DNA of 54,038 nt from positions 1-54,038 of the forward strand of contig JALJEE010000877.1 of NCBI GenBank assembly GCA_023231475.1. The letters run 5' to 3'. Position 1 is the stretch's first letter; each line of letters begins with the position of its first letter. The notes under the pieces are model-generated. The model was not told the origin of the DNA. It did not search any database and saw nothing but the letters and a program-made list of their open reading frames with translations. Positions 53,187 to 54,038 of this stretch are shown here, piece after piece. The stretch comes from Seison nebaliae. Lineage: Eukaryota. Position numbers and translations under genes: made by a program.

Positions 53187-54038
53187 TGAGTATATATTAT
53201 ATTCTTTCGGCCACCTGCAAATCTGACAAGAGAAAGATTAATGATTGTGCAAAGAAATTAATTTTATTTTAAAACTTCGTTTTGAATTTCATAGAAGATA
53301 TTTCCGATTTCTTTTAACTCTTTTTAATATAATAAAATTTATCATTAATTTTAACGAGAAAAGCAATTTCAATTGAAAATGTTTTTCTTCACTTTTCTTC
53401 ATAGCGAACAAAAGTTTTACAGAATTACCTTATATTTTATTTTTTAAATTTAATTTATTATCATTTTAATAATTAAACTAATTTATTTAATAAATTTTAT
53501 TACGTTACGTTATTTTTTTTTAATAACGATAAAAAAATTTCTTTTATTTATTATTGAAATTCTCATCGAACTATATTAGATCTAATTTAAAATATTTAAA
53601 TCTTCACCGGCGTTGACCAAACGATGCAATTCCGTAAAATAATCCCATGAAAGAGAATATCACGAGGTTGATCGTACTGGAAAAAAATTATAATTATTTA
53701 ATAATTTATTATTTATTTATGTGGATGATATGCAAAGATGTGGATGGGTTATATCAGAAATTGAAATCGTGAAGAAGAGTATCGTGAGGTCAATCGTAAT
53801 ATCGGATAGTTTGAGAAAAGACTGACAATGTGAGTGAATATAAAACAGATTAGAATCGAAAATGTAAGAACCCTGCTAAAACTGTAAGACAGTAAATCAT
53901 AGTGATGTCCATTTGGTAACAAAAACGAAGAGCTCAAAAACGATTTTATAGAGGAAGAGAAAAAAATCCAGACTCTCGTTTTTGCCTCGTATACATACAC
54001 TATTCGTTCTATTTTGGCAAAAAACAGAACGAACAGTA

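Overview
This is AT-rich (roughly 30% GC by eye), compact eukaryotic nuclear DNA from an invertebrate animal, judged from the FACIT-type collagen, NK1 homeobox and C3G genes. It uses the standard genetic code. I cannot identify the species; a small-genome spiralian such as a rotifer relative is only a guess. Genes reconstructed by hand: RIC1 (+), ANKIB1-like RBR E3 ligase (+), TSPN-domain FACIT-like collagen (-), an uncharacterised HAD-like protein (-), COA5 (+), NK1/Nkx1 homeobox (-), RAPGEF1/C3G (-) and an orphan helical protein (+). There are also non-LTR retroelement relics and an inverted-repeat element containing a PIF1 helicase fragment. Two observations stand out. (1) The collagen gene has a pair of tandem, homologous, 55-nt mutually exclusive exons encoding alternative versions of the NC2-type trimerisation/chain-selection helix. 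(2) All 18 short introns placed in the four non-collagen genes begin with GTT, with almost no other U1-pairing consensus, and 5 of them end in AAG or GAG. Canonical GTRAG-like donors are concentrated in the collagen gene. All splice calls come from reading-frame and homology logic, not transcript data.
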